From Octopus bimaculoides (lineage: Eukaryota): a stretch of 64,000 nt of DNA. The DNA lies in contig NC_068994.1 of the NCBI RefSeq assembly GCF_001194135.2, positions 12,203,930 to 12,267,929 on the forward strand, written 5' to 3'. Shown one piece after another: positions 47,109-58,705 of this stretch. Position numbers and translations under genes: made by a program. Under the pieces are notes generated by a model. It was not told the DNA's origin. It searched no databases and worked only from the letters and a program-made list of their open reading frames with translations. The first letter of the stretch is position 1. Every line of letters begins with the position of its first letter.

Positions 47109-47274
47109 ACCACACATACTTAATGTCTGTGTTTTGCTTGTTTGTCAGTTTGCTGCAATATAGTGCTCTGGGAATGACTGCCCCATAGCACTGGGTGTAA
47201 AGGAGTCATCTTCAGAACCCTGTTCCGTAGTGAAACAGTAATCAAGCAAAACACACATATTGAATATGTGTGGT
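47109..47274. repeat. 166-bp inverted-repeat element with 32-bp arms (28/32 complementary)
   Basis: accacacatacttaatgtctgtgttttgcttg (47109-47140) vs rc of 47243-47274 accacacatattcaatatgtgtgttttgcttg. Confidence 0.7.
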
Positions 47275-47325
47275 CACTAATGTTTACAACACTAGCAGTG
47301 CTTTTAATTCATAATTGAATACACA

Positions 47326-47361
<36 letters not shown>

Positions 47362-47812
47362 NNNNNNNNNNTACATTACATGGAAAAATGTGAGCAAGAG
47401 AAATAATATTCTTAAGATTATAAACCTAGAAAATTACAGGACAAGTTATTATACTTGGAAACTTTCAGGACAGCTTATTACATCTGGTAAAGCACAGAAT
47501 GAGAAAATTTTTACTTAAAATATTGCAGCTGAGGATAAAATTTCAAATAAAATATTTAGATTTAGAAAATATTAGCTTTTATTAAAGCTAAAAATTTTAT
47601 TACAAGTTATTACTTCTATACACACATATGTGCATATGCGTGCACACACACACACACACACACAAACACATGTATATATACAAAACCCACTTACAAGACT
47701 TTGGTTGGTCTAGGGCTATATAAGAAGACACTTGCTCAAAGTGCCAAGTAGTGGGACTGAACCCAAAACCTTGTGGTAGGAAGCATACAAAATGATACTT
47801 CTGCGAACATAC

Positions 47813-48003
47813 CTTTTCCCCATCTACTTCTTTCTCAGGGAAGGATGGTACATAGTGCTGGACTGGTTTGTTAAGATCAAGCAGTCCATTCTCCCACATT
47901 TTGGCTACTGCTGCCATGGTGATGGATTTACTAATGCTGGCAATCCTGGTCACGGTGGATGGGGTGTATGGAATTCGATTCTCCAGGTCAGCATAGCCGA
48001 ACC
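47813..48003 (-). CDS. LACTB: LACTB exon 3 with catalytic SxxK (SISK, 47927-47938)
   Basis: cttacag|GGTTC...GAAAAG|gtatgt; FGYADLENRIPYTPSTVTRIASISKSITM...PVQHYVPSFPEKEVDGEK (human GYADVENRVP...RIASISKSLTM). Confidence 0.97.
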
Positions 48004-49519
48004 CTGTAAGGAACCAATCAGAATTAATGAATATAATCATGTGATAGGAAAAGAAGAATGCAAGTTAGAATGTAATTAGATTAGAGGTGAGAAAAAAAAG
48101 TTAATAATGAAGATAAAACATTCATAGAAATACAATTATACATACATATATATGTATGTATATCATCATCATCATCATCATTTAACGTCCGCTTTCCATG
48201 CTAGCATGGGTTGGACAATTTGACTGAGGACTGGTGAAACCGGATGGCAACACCAGGCTTCAAAGTTATTTTATTCCACATAGGTAGAGGTAGAAATACT
48301 GAAAAAGAAGTTGAAAATGCACTGGGAGTCATTTAAATGGTTTGCTTTGAAGGGCTTAACCACTTTCACAGATATTTCTGATTTTCAAAGGTTAAATGAC
48401 ATAGAAAGATGTGGAGCCGAAGCATAGCCCCGCGTCTTTCTACTGTATCTCACTTATCTTTTGAAAATCAGAANNNNNNNNNNNNNNNNNNNNNNNNNNN
48501 NNNNNNNNNNNNNNNNNNNNNNNNNNNNNNNNNNNNNNNNNNNNNNNNNNNNNNNNNNNNNNNNNNNNNNNNNNNNNNNNNNNNNNNNNNNNNNNNNNNN
48601 NNNNNNNNNNNNNNNNNNNNNNNNNNNNNNNNNNNNNNNNNNNNNNNNNNAATAAAGAAAACAAGTGATCAAATGTTATATTTAATTGAAATTTAATCAT
48701 CAATGTACTTTCCCTGATTATCTATGACTTCTTTCCATCTATTTACAAGCTTTTTAATCCCATCAATGTAAAACTCTTTTGATTTCAAAGTGAAGAACTC
48801 TGAAATGTCAGTTTTGAGGCACAGGCATGACTATCTGGTATGAACCTTGCTTCCCAACCACATGGTTCTGGGTTCAGTCCCACTGCATGGCACCTTGGGC
48901 AAATGTCTTCTAGTATAGCCTTGGGCCATCCAAGCCATGCCAGCATGGAAAATAGACATTTAATGATGATGTTGATGATGGTGGTGATGTGCTGTATCTT
49001 CTCAGACTAACTGTTACAATTAGGTCCTCACAAATGCTGCTCTGATATTATATTGGCCCCCAGATGTGCTGTAACTTCTCAGAATGATTAGGTACTCACA
49101 AACCTTCTACAATTAGGTACTCACAAACACAATGTGAATTTGACCACAAGAGTGCTCTATCTTCTTAGAATAGCCCTTACAAAAGGTTTGATTCTCAGTA
49201 AACTTCTGTTTTATATTAACTTCATCTTAGTGAGTGGATGTAACAGAAGAATAGGGGCAAATGGTGACGGGGAACTAAATACTAAATGTTGAGCCAAAAG
49301 GGTCATTGAAGATTAAGGTGCCGAGAGGTGGTAGTAGGGAACTAGGGTTGAAGTCCGGAATCAGTGGTGGATGACTGGGGAGCATAAAACCAAGGATAGA
49401 AGAGGGAGTCTGTGGCTAAGATGTAGAGGCAAGATGGGTGTGGACTGAAAAAAAAAAAAAGAGCGTTGGTAATTCTTGTAATAAAGTACGATATTAGTAA
49501 ATAGTTTCAAATGAGATAC

Positions 49520-49586
49520 CTTCGCTCCAGACAAGTTCTCCATCAATGCTGACTGCAATAACCAAGCCAGGGGCACTACATTCAGC
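49520..49586 (-). CDS. LACTB: LACTB exon 2
   Basis: ttttcag|GCTGAA...GAAG|gtatct; AECSAPGLVIAVSIDGELVWSE(G) (human EVGAPGIVVGVSVDGKEVWSEG). Confidence 0.93.
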
Positions 49587-49717
49587 CTGAAAAAGGAAAA
49601 TTATGGAAAGAAATATATTTCTACTAATAATCATGTTTGAGATTGAAATCAGAGAGTAGAGGTTAGGTCGATATACAATTAGGGCAAACACAAAAAAATA
49701 CATTGCAATACTTATTT

Positions 49718-49814
49718 TCAGATAGCATTATACACATATATAATGCTATCTGATGATGTACACATATATAATGCTATCTGATGATATACACATAAATAAT
49801 GCTATCTGATGATA
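49718..49814. repeat. 3 x 28-bp tandem repeat preceded by an inverted copy (15-bp hairpin)
   Basis: tacacatatataatgctatctgatgat at 49731, 49759 and 49787; tcagatagcattata (49718-49732) pairs with 49739-49753. Confidence 0.8.
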
Positions 49815-50419
49815 AATACTGCAATACTTTTTTTTCTTGTACTTACACGTAATAAACACAGTACGTTTTTCTATTTATACATACATACAAACATACACAA
49901 ACACATGTATAACTAAATGTTTGTACTTACACACACACACTATGTCTTTGTATTTGCACAAACATATAAACACACACGTACTACATACTGAGTTTTTGTA
50001 TTTGCAGACAGGCAGACAGACACACACACACTATATACTGAATGTTTGTACTGACACATGCACTAAATACTAAGCTCTTGTACACACACATAACACACAC
50101 ACACACACACACACTGGTATTCATGTCAGTGAACATCATTGCATATCCATGGGGTTTTAAGCAGGCACAGATTATGACCTGCTTGGAGGAAGCAGCACAG
50201 AGGATGACCTGTTTTGCAGTGGTTAAAGAAATAACTTGGGTAATATGTAAAAGATACTTGCATTGCACCATTTTTGTAACTATTAAAAAAAAAAAATCTC
50301 CACACTCCTTTATCTGCAAATAATATTACACAGATGCACAAAAATTAAGTTCTTCTACAACCTCTCCCACATAAAATTTAGCTGTTCTTTTTTAATTTTG
50401 CATGCTTGCTTCTTTTTTC

Positions 50420-50810
50420 TTACACACATGCATTTAAGTTTTTGTACACAAACACACACACATATATACACACTATTAAGTTTTTGTATACAGATACACA
50501 TACACAATTAAATTTTTGTATACCACACACAGACACTTAAGCTTTAGTACACAAACACATATACTATTAAATTTCGACACACACACACACACACACACGC
50601 TATTAAGTTTTGTATACACACACAAATATATTCATACAGACTTTTAAAATTTTGTACACATACATAACACTATTAAGTTTTGCACACACACACATATTAT
50701 TAAGTTTTGTACACATACACACTATTACATTTTTGTACACACACATACATACACACACTTAAATCTTTGTTAAAATATACACATGCATACAACTTGGTTT
50801 TTGTACACCA
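50420..50810. repeat. Degenerate minisatellite (about 12 units of ctattaagtttttgtacac(ac)n)
   Basis: Recurrent ttaagttttgtacac motif about every 30-35 bp in LACTB intron 1. Confidence 0.75.
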
Positions 50811-51438
50811 CCCGTTGTTCGTATCTTAAGAAAAAAAAAAAAGAAGGAAGGACACATTGGATTATGCAGTCCGAAAGGATTATGCAAGTCTGAAAGAGGA
50901 TAGATCTAAATGGTAATTGTTAAAATGCTTCTGGTCAAAGGCTGACTCGGTCAAGGCTTATCTGGGGTTAAACGCATCGCTACAAACGTACTAATAGCGT
51001 AAGCTTTGAGTCATTGCTTGACTTGCTAGAAATACCAACGAAATCTTCCTTAAAACACTCTTTTAATGTTTATAAAAAAGAAGAGCACATGAGATATTAT
51101 GTTTGAAGAAATAAAGACATGTTGGTCACAGCTGGAGCGCCTATAATCATAGATCTATTCGATTAGGGTTGATATGGAGCTAAACGGAAGCTTCTACATG
51201 GTCGGTAGATCTGTTAGATATAGTAATCAAATAGCGATCATATGAAACTTTATCGTGTTAAAAATTGCAGGTCAAATAAGGTGGGCTTGAGTTACCTGCA
51301 CAAAAGAAAAGACACTGGGTGGATTCAGTTGGAACGACACAGGTCTGCTGGATCAGGGCCAATTTGGAGTTTAACAACGACACAAATCACAGCTACAGAC
51401 AACGTTAGAGATGTCCAACAGTAATCTTGCTTATTTAC

Positions 51439-51837
51439 CTTTTTGCATTCGGCGAGATCTTTAGCTACGACTATAGCTTCTTCTAATGTAAGTTTTTCTG
51501 ATGTGGGTAGCTTCACGAGTCGCTGTGGCACTGGGGGTTGCCGGCATTCTGCAACAGTAGATAGTGTTTGCCTGTTGCCACCCCCGCCGTCGTACAAGTA
51601 ACTACCGACGAGGAGAACAGCCGCGCTGCCGGCTCCTAGTCGAAGAAGTAGACTTTTGAAAATATTCTTTAGGTTTCGTGGTGTTTGTTCTTCACGGAAT
51701 GACGATCGAAACCTGGAAAAAGAACTGGAATACTGTTTGAAGCAGAACTGAGGGGTAACGTGTTGTCTCGTAGACCATGTCGAACGTTGAAGAAGCGATC
51801 GCAGGCAACATAAACGGTTGTTGGCCAATGCAGTCAT
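51439..51837 (-). CDS. LACTB: LACTB exon 1 (mitochondrial presequence plus hydrophobic sorting segment)
   Basis: ATG at 51837; R/S/L-rich N-terminus, hydrophobic LLLRLGAGSAAVLLVGSYLY, then LEEAIVVAKDLAECKK|gtaaat; 133 aa. Confidence 0.9.
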
Positions 51838-54483
51838 TGTTGATGTCTTGTTTACTTACGTGAGACGTCTAAATATAATCAAATATTTATATATAGATAT
51901 ATTCTCTCGCTCACCAAACAGAAAGATCGATGTAATATATAATATTGTAGAAATAATAAGGCAATGTAATGAATGTGATTTTCAAGTCTGCGAGTCACTC
52001 TGAAGATGAAAAAAAAAAGCCTCGGTTTGAAACGGTGCTACATGAGTTTTAATGTTGATTTCCTTTTTCATTTGTCCTTCTTTATATTATTTCCTTAATC
52101 TAAAAAGGTAAAATTCTTGCCTGTTACTCATATTTTTAGTTCAGAAAGATCAAATTGAGTAACAATGCATTTACTGTTTGAATATAAATAACAACAGGTA
52201 AGCGGTAGGTGAGAGAAACACAATACGATGAATTTAGGAGAAGAGTGCTAGGGAGAAGAATATAGGTAGTGCGAGATAGTTGTGTTTTTTTTAATTCTTT
52301 ATTAATGACCCTTGTATATTTCAGATGGGTAATAATAAATGTGTTAGGTTAAATTAAATTGTTGTCTGATCGTCGTTCCAGCCGTGACCATCGTGTTTTT
52401 TTCCCCCCAAGGCAAAGTATTCCATAGACTACACTATCGGATGTGTCCATTATTTTTTAGGGCACTAGGATTTAATTAAGAGAGATTTGGCTGCTATTTC
52501 TAGCAGGCCAGGTGACGCTGATGTTATTTAGCTAAACCAGATCAGACCTGCTCTAGTCGAACAGACATGTTAGCAAGACAATCTAACCATGAGCATCCTG
52601 TCTCTATAAGGAGAGTTTTGCTAAGATTATGTTATCCAAACATGTTCTTAATGGGAGAAAGTGAATTGGAAGAGGTTCGGCAACTAATTCTATCAGACCG
52701 AGTAACGAGATTAGTCTCCCTTATTGGTTCGTGTACTTTGAAGGGTTGCCAGATGGTGCATAATTACTCTCTTTACTCTTTTACTTGTTTCAGTCATTTG
52801 ACTGCGGCCATGCTGGAGCACCGCCTTCAGTCGAATCAAATCGACCCCAGGACTTATTATATCGGTCTCTTTTTGCCGAACCGCTAAGTTACGGGGACGT
52901 AAACACACCACCATCGGTTGTCAAGCGATGGTGGGGGGACAAACACAGACACACAAACATATATATATATATATATACATACATATATACGACGGGCCTC
53001 TTTCAGTTTCCGTCTACCAAATCCACTCACAAGGCTTTGGTCGGCCCGAGGCTATAGTAGAAGACACTTGCCCAAGGTGCCACGCAGTGGGACTGAACAC
53101 GGAACCATGTGGTTGATAAGCAAACTACTTACCACACAGCCACTCCGAAGAGTTCAAAAAGTGTATATAAACATTAAATCCAAGGAGAAAAAAAGTTTTA
53201 AAAATCTCAGGAGAACTTCAGTAAAAGACATATTGGTTAAAGATTACTGTGGACGGGTGTTAAAGTAAACATTAACTGACATATTTAATGGGGTTTATTT
53301 TCTATTTCATTGTTTTAAGATATTGGGGGTGGAGGAGCACGCTTGTAATATCATTATAACTTCTGCTGCCGACAAAAAATAAGCAATATATATAAGAGCA
53401 GGTACGGATGTATGGGTCAGGAGTTCGCTTCCCAATTACATGGTGTTGTGCGCAGTCCCATTGCATAGTACATTGGGCAAGTGTTTTCAACTACAGTCCC
53501 AGGCTGATCAATACCTTTTGAGAGAATTGGTTGACAAAAATATATACACCGGGCTTCACACAGTTTATCCTCACCAGACCTTATACATGCAAACAGAAAT
53601 TTTTCTGTCACATGGTTTCGGGTTCAGTCCCACTGTGTGGCACCTTGGGCAAGTGTCTTCTACTATAGCAGCGGGCCGACGAAAGCCTTGTAAGTGGATT
53701 TGGTAGACGGAAACTGAAAGAAGCCTGTCGTATATANNNNNNNNNNNNNNNNNNNNNNNNNNNNNNNNNNNNNNNNNNNNNNNNNNNNNNNNNNNNNNNN
53801 NNNNNNNNNNNNNNNNNNNNNNNNNNNNNNNNNNNNNNNNNNNNNNNNNNNNNNNNNNNNNNNNNNNNNNNNNNNNNNNNNNNNNNNNNNNNNNNNNNNN
53901 NNNNNNNNNNNNNNNNNNNNNNNNNNNNNNNNNNNNNNNNNNNNNNNNNNNNNNNNNNNNNNNNNNNNNNNNNNNNNNNNNNNNNNNNNNNNNNNNNNNN
54001 NNNNNNNNNNNNNNNNNNNNNNNNNNNNNNNNNNNNNNNNNNNNNNNNNNNNNNNNNNNNNNNNNNNNNNNNNNNNNNNNNNNNNNNNNNNNNNNNNNNN
54101 NNNNNNNNNNNNNNNNNNNNNNNNNNNNNNNNNNNNNNNNNNNNNNNNNNNNNNNNNNNNNNNNNNNNNNNNNNNNNNNNNNNNNNNNNNNNNNNNNNNN
54201 NNNNNNNNNNNNNNNNNNNNNNNNNNNNNNNNNNNNNNNNNNNNNNNNNNNNNNNNNNNNNNNNNNNNNNNNNNNNNNNNNNNNNNNNNNNNNNNNNNNN
54301 NNNNNNNNNNNNNNNNNNNNNNNNNNNNNNNNNNNNNNNNNNNNNNNNNNNNGTGAAAGAGAGAGAGAGATGCCAGAGCAGCCAAAATAGATTGGGAAGA
54401 TTAAAGGTAAAGTAAAATGTAATAGCTAGAGAACAATATTTCAAACATACAGATCCACGTTCGAATGTGATTATATTATTATA

Positions 54484-54527
<44 letters not shown>

Positions 54528-54969
54528 ATTCCTGCGTGTGCTTTATACACACACACATATACATACATACATACATATATAAATATATTCCTGTGTGTGT
54601 TTGTTTATATGTATGTAAAGGTCCAATCATTGATTTATTTTAATTGACGCACATACGTCGCAGAATTGAAAGCTCGTCACATACACACACACACATACAC
54701 ACTTAGTGTATTCAATATTTTGTAGAAAGAATGTATTAGGAAGAAGGCATTAAATTATTCCGTCGCCACTCAAATTTTCTCGATATGGACAATTGTTCGT
54801 TCAGGCGACACTTCCCTCCTGACGCACATAGCAAAGTATCGAATAACTCTATGCAGTCGCTTATCCAAACACACACGCGACTGATTTTCGTCATTAGAAT
54901 GCAAAACTACACCAGAACAACATATTTTAAAAATAATCTAGTGAAAAGTTTGTTTGGAAGAAATTTATC

Positions 54970-54973
<4 letters not shown>

Positions 54974-55062
<89 letters not shown>
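54974..55062. repeat. Long (TC)n followed by (CA)n microsatellite
   Basis: Directly visible, about 38 TC units. Confidence 0.95.
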
Positions 55063-56789
55063 AGTATGTGTGTATGTTTGTGTGTATATATATGTGTAAG
55101 AATGTATGTGTATATATATATACATGCGTGTAAGTATGTGTGTATTTGTTGCTTAGTACAAGTGTTTGGTGGCCACAGAAGAAATTTGGGGAAGAACAAA
55201 TCCAAAATATAAATAAACAATACCAGATCATATTGTTTACAAATAATAATGATATGGCGATGTTTCGATATGACTCGCAGAAACTTTCAAATACTCGATA
55301 ACCACAATACTCATTTGTAATTGCATCATAACTACTGAAATACTTTCTATTATTGAAATGAAGAATTTGCTTTGTTTGTATTGCAAAGAAGAAAAAATGC
55401 GTAATTGGTATCTATTTATATATTTTATTATTCTTAATTAAGAGAGGTACAAAGAGGCTAAAAGGCCAAGCATGCACGAAACTTTGTAACTCCTACTGAT
55501 TAAAAATAATACATACATTATCTTGTATTGAGTTTTATCTATTCTGTTATCAGTAACAGGCCTCTGTGTGTGTCGATATTAATAATACAGTGAGTGTGTA
55601 TGTATGTAGTCTCATAATAGCAAATTAACAATTGGTAATTTGAGAACTAATTGCGTAACATACATGCGAGATATATATTACGTAGTTTCAATTCAGCAAA
55701 TGAGTCTGTGTTGTCATTCGACGTACTAAAAAATAGCAGCCAAATCTCCATCAAATTGCTCTCTAATATGAGGATCTAACGCGTTGAATAATGTTGTAGT
55801 ATAATAATGACACTTACAACGACAACTTTGTGTTGTCAACGACCAGCTCAGGCTCCGCTGCTCGTCAGGTTGAGAGAAAAAAAAAACTGTCACTATATCG
55901 ATGGCTCTTTGACAGATTATGGTTGAGTCTATGGCAGTTGAGACCTCTGACTTTCTTTGTACTCGTTGTCGGCGCAGAAATTGCTGTCCGCAAGTGCCAA
56001 CCCCGCGAGTTACAGTGGATCCGGGGCAACGTCTTCATTTTATCTGCTGGTACCTGGAGAAATGTTTTGATATTGAGGGGCAAGATTCTCCGTATTCGAG
56101 TAATACAACGTCTCTGTTACCTTAATACTGTGTTCTATCTATTTGCAGGGTTTTTAGGATACGTTGTAGAAGTTTCGTAAATAGTTCATTTTAATCCATT
56201 GTACTTCTCAGAAGATATGACTTTAGACATTATCAAAATATTGCCACCAGTAAAATTGTCGGTCTTATCAATATGGATGGAAAGATGTAGTCGTATATGC
56301 CCCTTAAATGTTGGGTTAAAATATCTTTGAGGGGTAAATGATGGGTTAAAATATCTTTGATTTTAGATCTGCTCAATCAGGATTAACTGTTAGTTAAACA
56401 ACAAGCGATGGGCGTTGTTTCAAGTCACATAGAGCGTAATCACCAGTGTGACCGTACCCACTTATTATACACTTATGTTGGTGCATATTGTCGAAGGTAA
56501 TGTACGATTAAATGAACTTGTTTATGAAATATATATAAAAAAATTTTAAACAGTGTTGAAGGGGCAAGTTAGGGTTTATATTTAAGAAAAAGAGTTTTCG
56601 AAGGAGAAAAACAAACAAAAGCTTAACTAATGTGGTTAAAACGATTAATAGTTACAGGCTAGGAGCACTAGCGTAGCTAGAGTGTGTGCCGCTCGGGAAG
56701 ACCCTTGCGTTTGCCGGCCCCGGACCCCATAAAAAACACATATTGCCTACAGCAATAACCTACAGCGTTAATGGGGTCAATATAAAGAT

Positions 56790-57736
56790 CCTCACCTGGG
56801 AACAAAAAAAGAAAAAAATAATAAATAACCAGCCGGCGGGGGGTGGGGTGTTAAGAAGTATGTGGAAAACGAATATAAAAAAAAAAAAAAACGCGCGCCG
56901 ACGACCCTGGGGTGGGGAGAGGACTTTCGGAAAATTCACAAAATCCGATTTTTCCGTCATAACTTCCGGTAAAATGGATATATATTGATTTTTTTTTNNN
57001 NNNNNNNNNNNNNNNNNNNNNNNNNNNNNNNNNNNNNNNNNNNNNNNNNNNNNNNNNNNNNNNNNNNNNNNNNNNNNNNNNNNNNNNNNNNNNNNNNNNN
57101 NNNNNNNNNNNNNNNNNNNNNNNNNNNNNNNNNNNNNNNNNNNNNNNNNNNNNNNNNNNNNNNNNNNNNNNNNNNNNNNNNNNNNNNNNNNNNNNNNNNN
57201 NNNNNNNNNNNNNNNNNNNNNNNNNNNNNNNNNNNNNNNNNNNNNNNNNNNNNNNNNNNNTTTGAATTTGTTTTAATTTTTTCCATATTCTTAATCTCCG
57301 TGTTTTCCCACGTAGATTGTTGGAAAAAAAAATTCGAAAAAAAAATTTTTGAAGAAAGTTTAAAAAAGAAAGTTTGTTATATTACTGCGGGAAATTACTC
57401 TGAAAGAAATCTTTGCAGAAAGGTGAGTAGATTGATTGCATTATGTCATCGCAGTTTTGTGAGATTTGGCTGTTATTTCTAGCATATGGATAGCCTGCTC
57501 GAAGGCCTGAGGGTATATGTATTCTTTTACTTGTTTCAATCATTTGACTGCGGCCATGCTGGAGCACCACCTTTTAGTCGAGCAAATCGACCCCAAGACT
57601 TATTCTTTGTAAGCCTAGTACTTATTCTATCGGTCATTTTTGCTGAACCTCTAAGTTACGGGCACGTAAACACACCAGCATCGGTTGTCAAGCGATTGTT
57701 GGGGGGGGGGGGACAAACACAGACACACAAACATAT

Positions 57737-57767
<31 letters not shown>

Positions 57768-58120
57768 CATATATATGACGGGCTTCTTTCAGTTCCCGTT
57801 TACCAAATCCACTCACAAGGCTTTGGTCAGCCCAAGGCTATAGAAGACACTAAATTTTGAAAATGCGATTTTTTGAAAATATTTTTTGGGGGAATCGGAC
57901 TCTCCATAACCAAAAATGTGGGATTCCGTAAAAAAGATCAATATATATCTACCTTACCGGAAGTTATAACGGAAAAATCCGATCTTGTGAATTCTCCGAA
58001 AGTCCCCTTCCCACCCACAGGGTCATTAGCGTGCATTTTTTTTCCATATCCATTTTCCACATACTTGTTAACACACCCCAGGCTAGTTAATTTTATTTTT
58101 TGTTTCTTGTTAGGAGGATA
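56790..58120. mobile_element. Foldback-type element with about 200-bp inverted arms, enclosing a gap and a truncated SINE
   Basis: Left arm ...gtgttaagaagtatgtggaaaac...ggactttcggaaaattcacaaaatccgatttttccgtcataacttccggtaa (to 56997) is the reverse complement of 57925-58120 ...ttaccggaagttataacggaaaaatccgatcttgtgaattctccgaaagtcc...ttttccacatacttgttaacac. Confidence 0.75.
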
Positions 58121-58371
58121 AGATGGTTTACTCTTTTATCATCTTCAGAATATTCTAACTTTTTGAGCCATCTTGCTAGAAATAACAGCCAGATATCACT
58201 AAAATTACACAGTAGTGTCTTGAGAGCGGTTGATTGATGAACTTAGTGTTGAGTTGATGATTTTTTTTCTTTCTTTTTTCTTCGCTTATGATTATATTTT
58301 TGGATTTGTATTTCAATGTGGAATATTTATGCAATTATGTATGGTGTAACAATAAATTCATGTTTTTCTTT

Positions 58372-58599
58372 TTAACCCTTTAGTGTTTAAACTGGCCATA
58401 TCTGGCCCAAATATTCTACATGTTTTACATTCAAACTGGCCATATCTAGCCTCTCACACCTAACCTACATTGACATTCTAAAAACAAACAATCACATCAT
58501 TGAAACCTCAAAGCTATAAGATAATGCATAATTAATTCAAAGCAATTTGAGTGAAAAAGTATTACATTTAACAGAGTAATCTGAACACTAAAGGGTTAA
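58372..58599. mobile_element. piggyBac-type MITE (about 220 bp) with TTAA TSD
   Basis: TTAA|CCCTTTAGTGTT...AACACTAAAGGG|TTAA; perfect 12-bp TIR; about 110 bp upstream of the ITIH-like ATG. Confidence 0.85.
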
Positions 58600-58705
58600 A
58601 AAATGTTTCTTTTGAAGATAGTAATCCTCTAAATTTTACCATTTTAAAAAAAAAATAGATTTCATTTCTTTTACATTTCAGTTACTCGTGTTTAGAAGGA
58701 ATAAA

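Noticed and set aside
49750-49812. C/D-box snoRNA suggested by repeated CTGATGA
   Set aside because: The motifs arise from a 28-bp tandem repeat and lie antisense to the host LACTB transcript.
32100-50810. CRISPR-like arrays (32.1-32.4 kb, 43.0-43.2 kb, 49.7-49.8 kb, 50.4-50.8 kb)
   Set aside because: Eukaryotic context, no unique spacers of constant length and no cas genes; these are ordinary tandem repeats.
32486-51837. Bacterial beta-lactamase by horizontal transfer or contamination
   Set aside because: The gene has canonical GT-AG introns at positions consistent with human LACTB, a mitochondrial presequence and metazoan LACTB motifs.
51996-52037. Second hammerhead-like motif (cactCTGAAGA...GAAACggtg) upstream of LACTB
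   Set aside because: Stem II is not formable next to the core and there is no NUH triplet between GAAAC and the stem I partner.
58688-58705. GTG start of the ITIH-like ORF
   Set aside because: Non-ATG start lying in acceptor-like sequence; ATGs at 58706 and 58730 precede the signal peptide.
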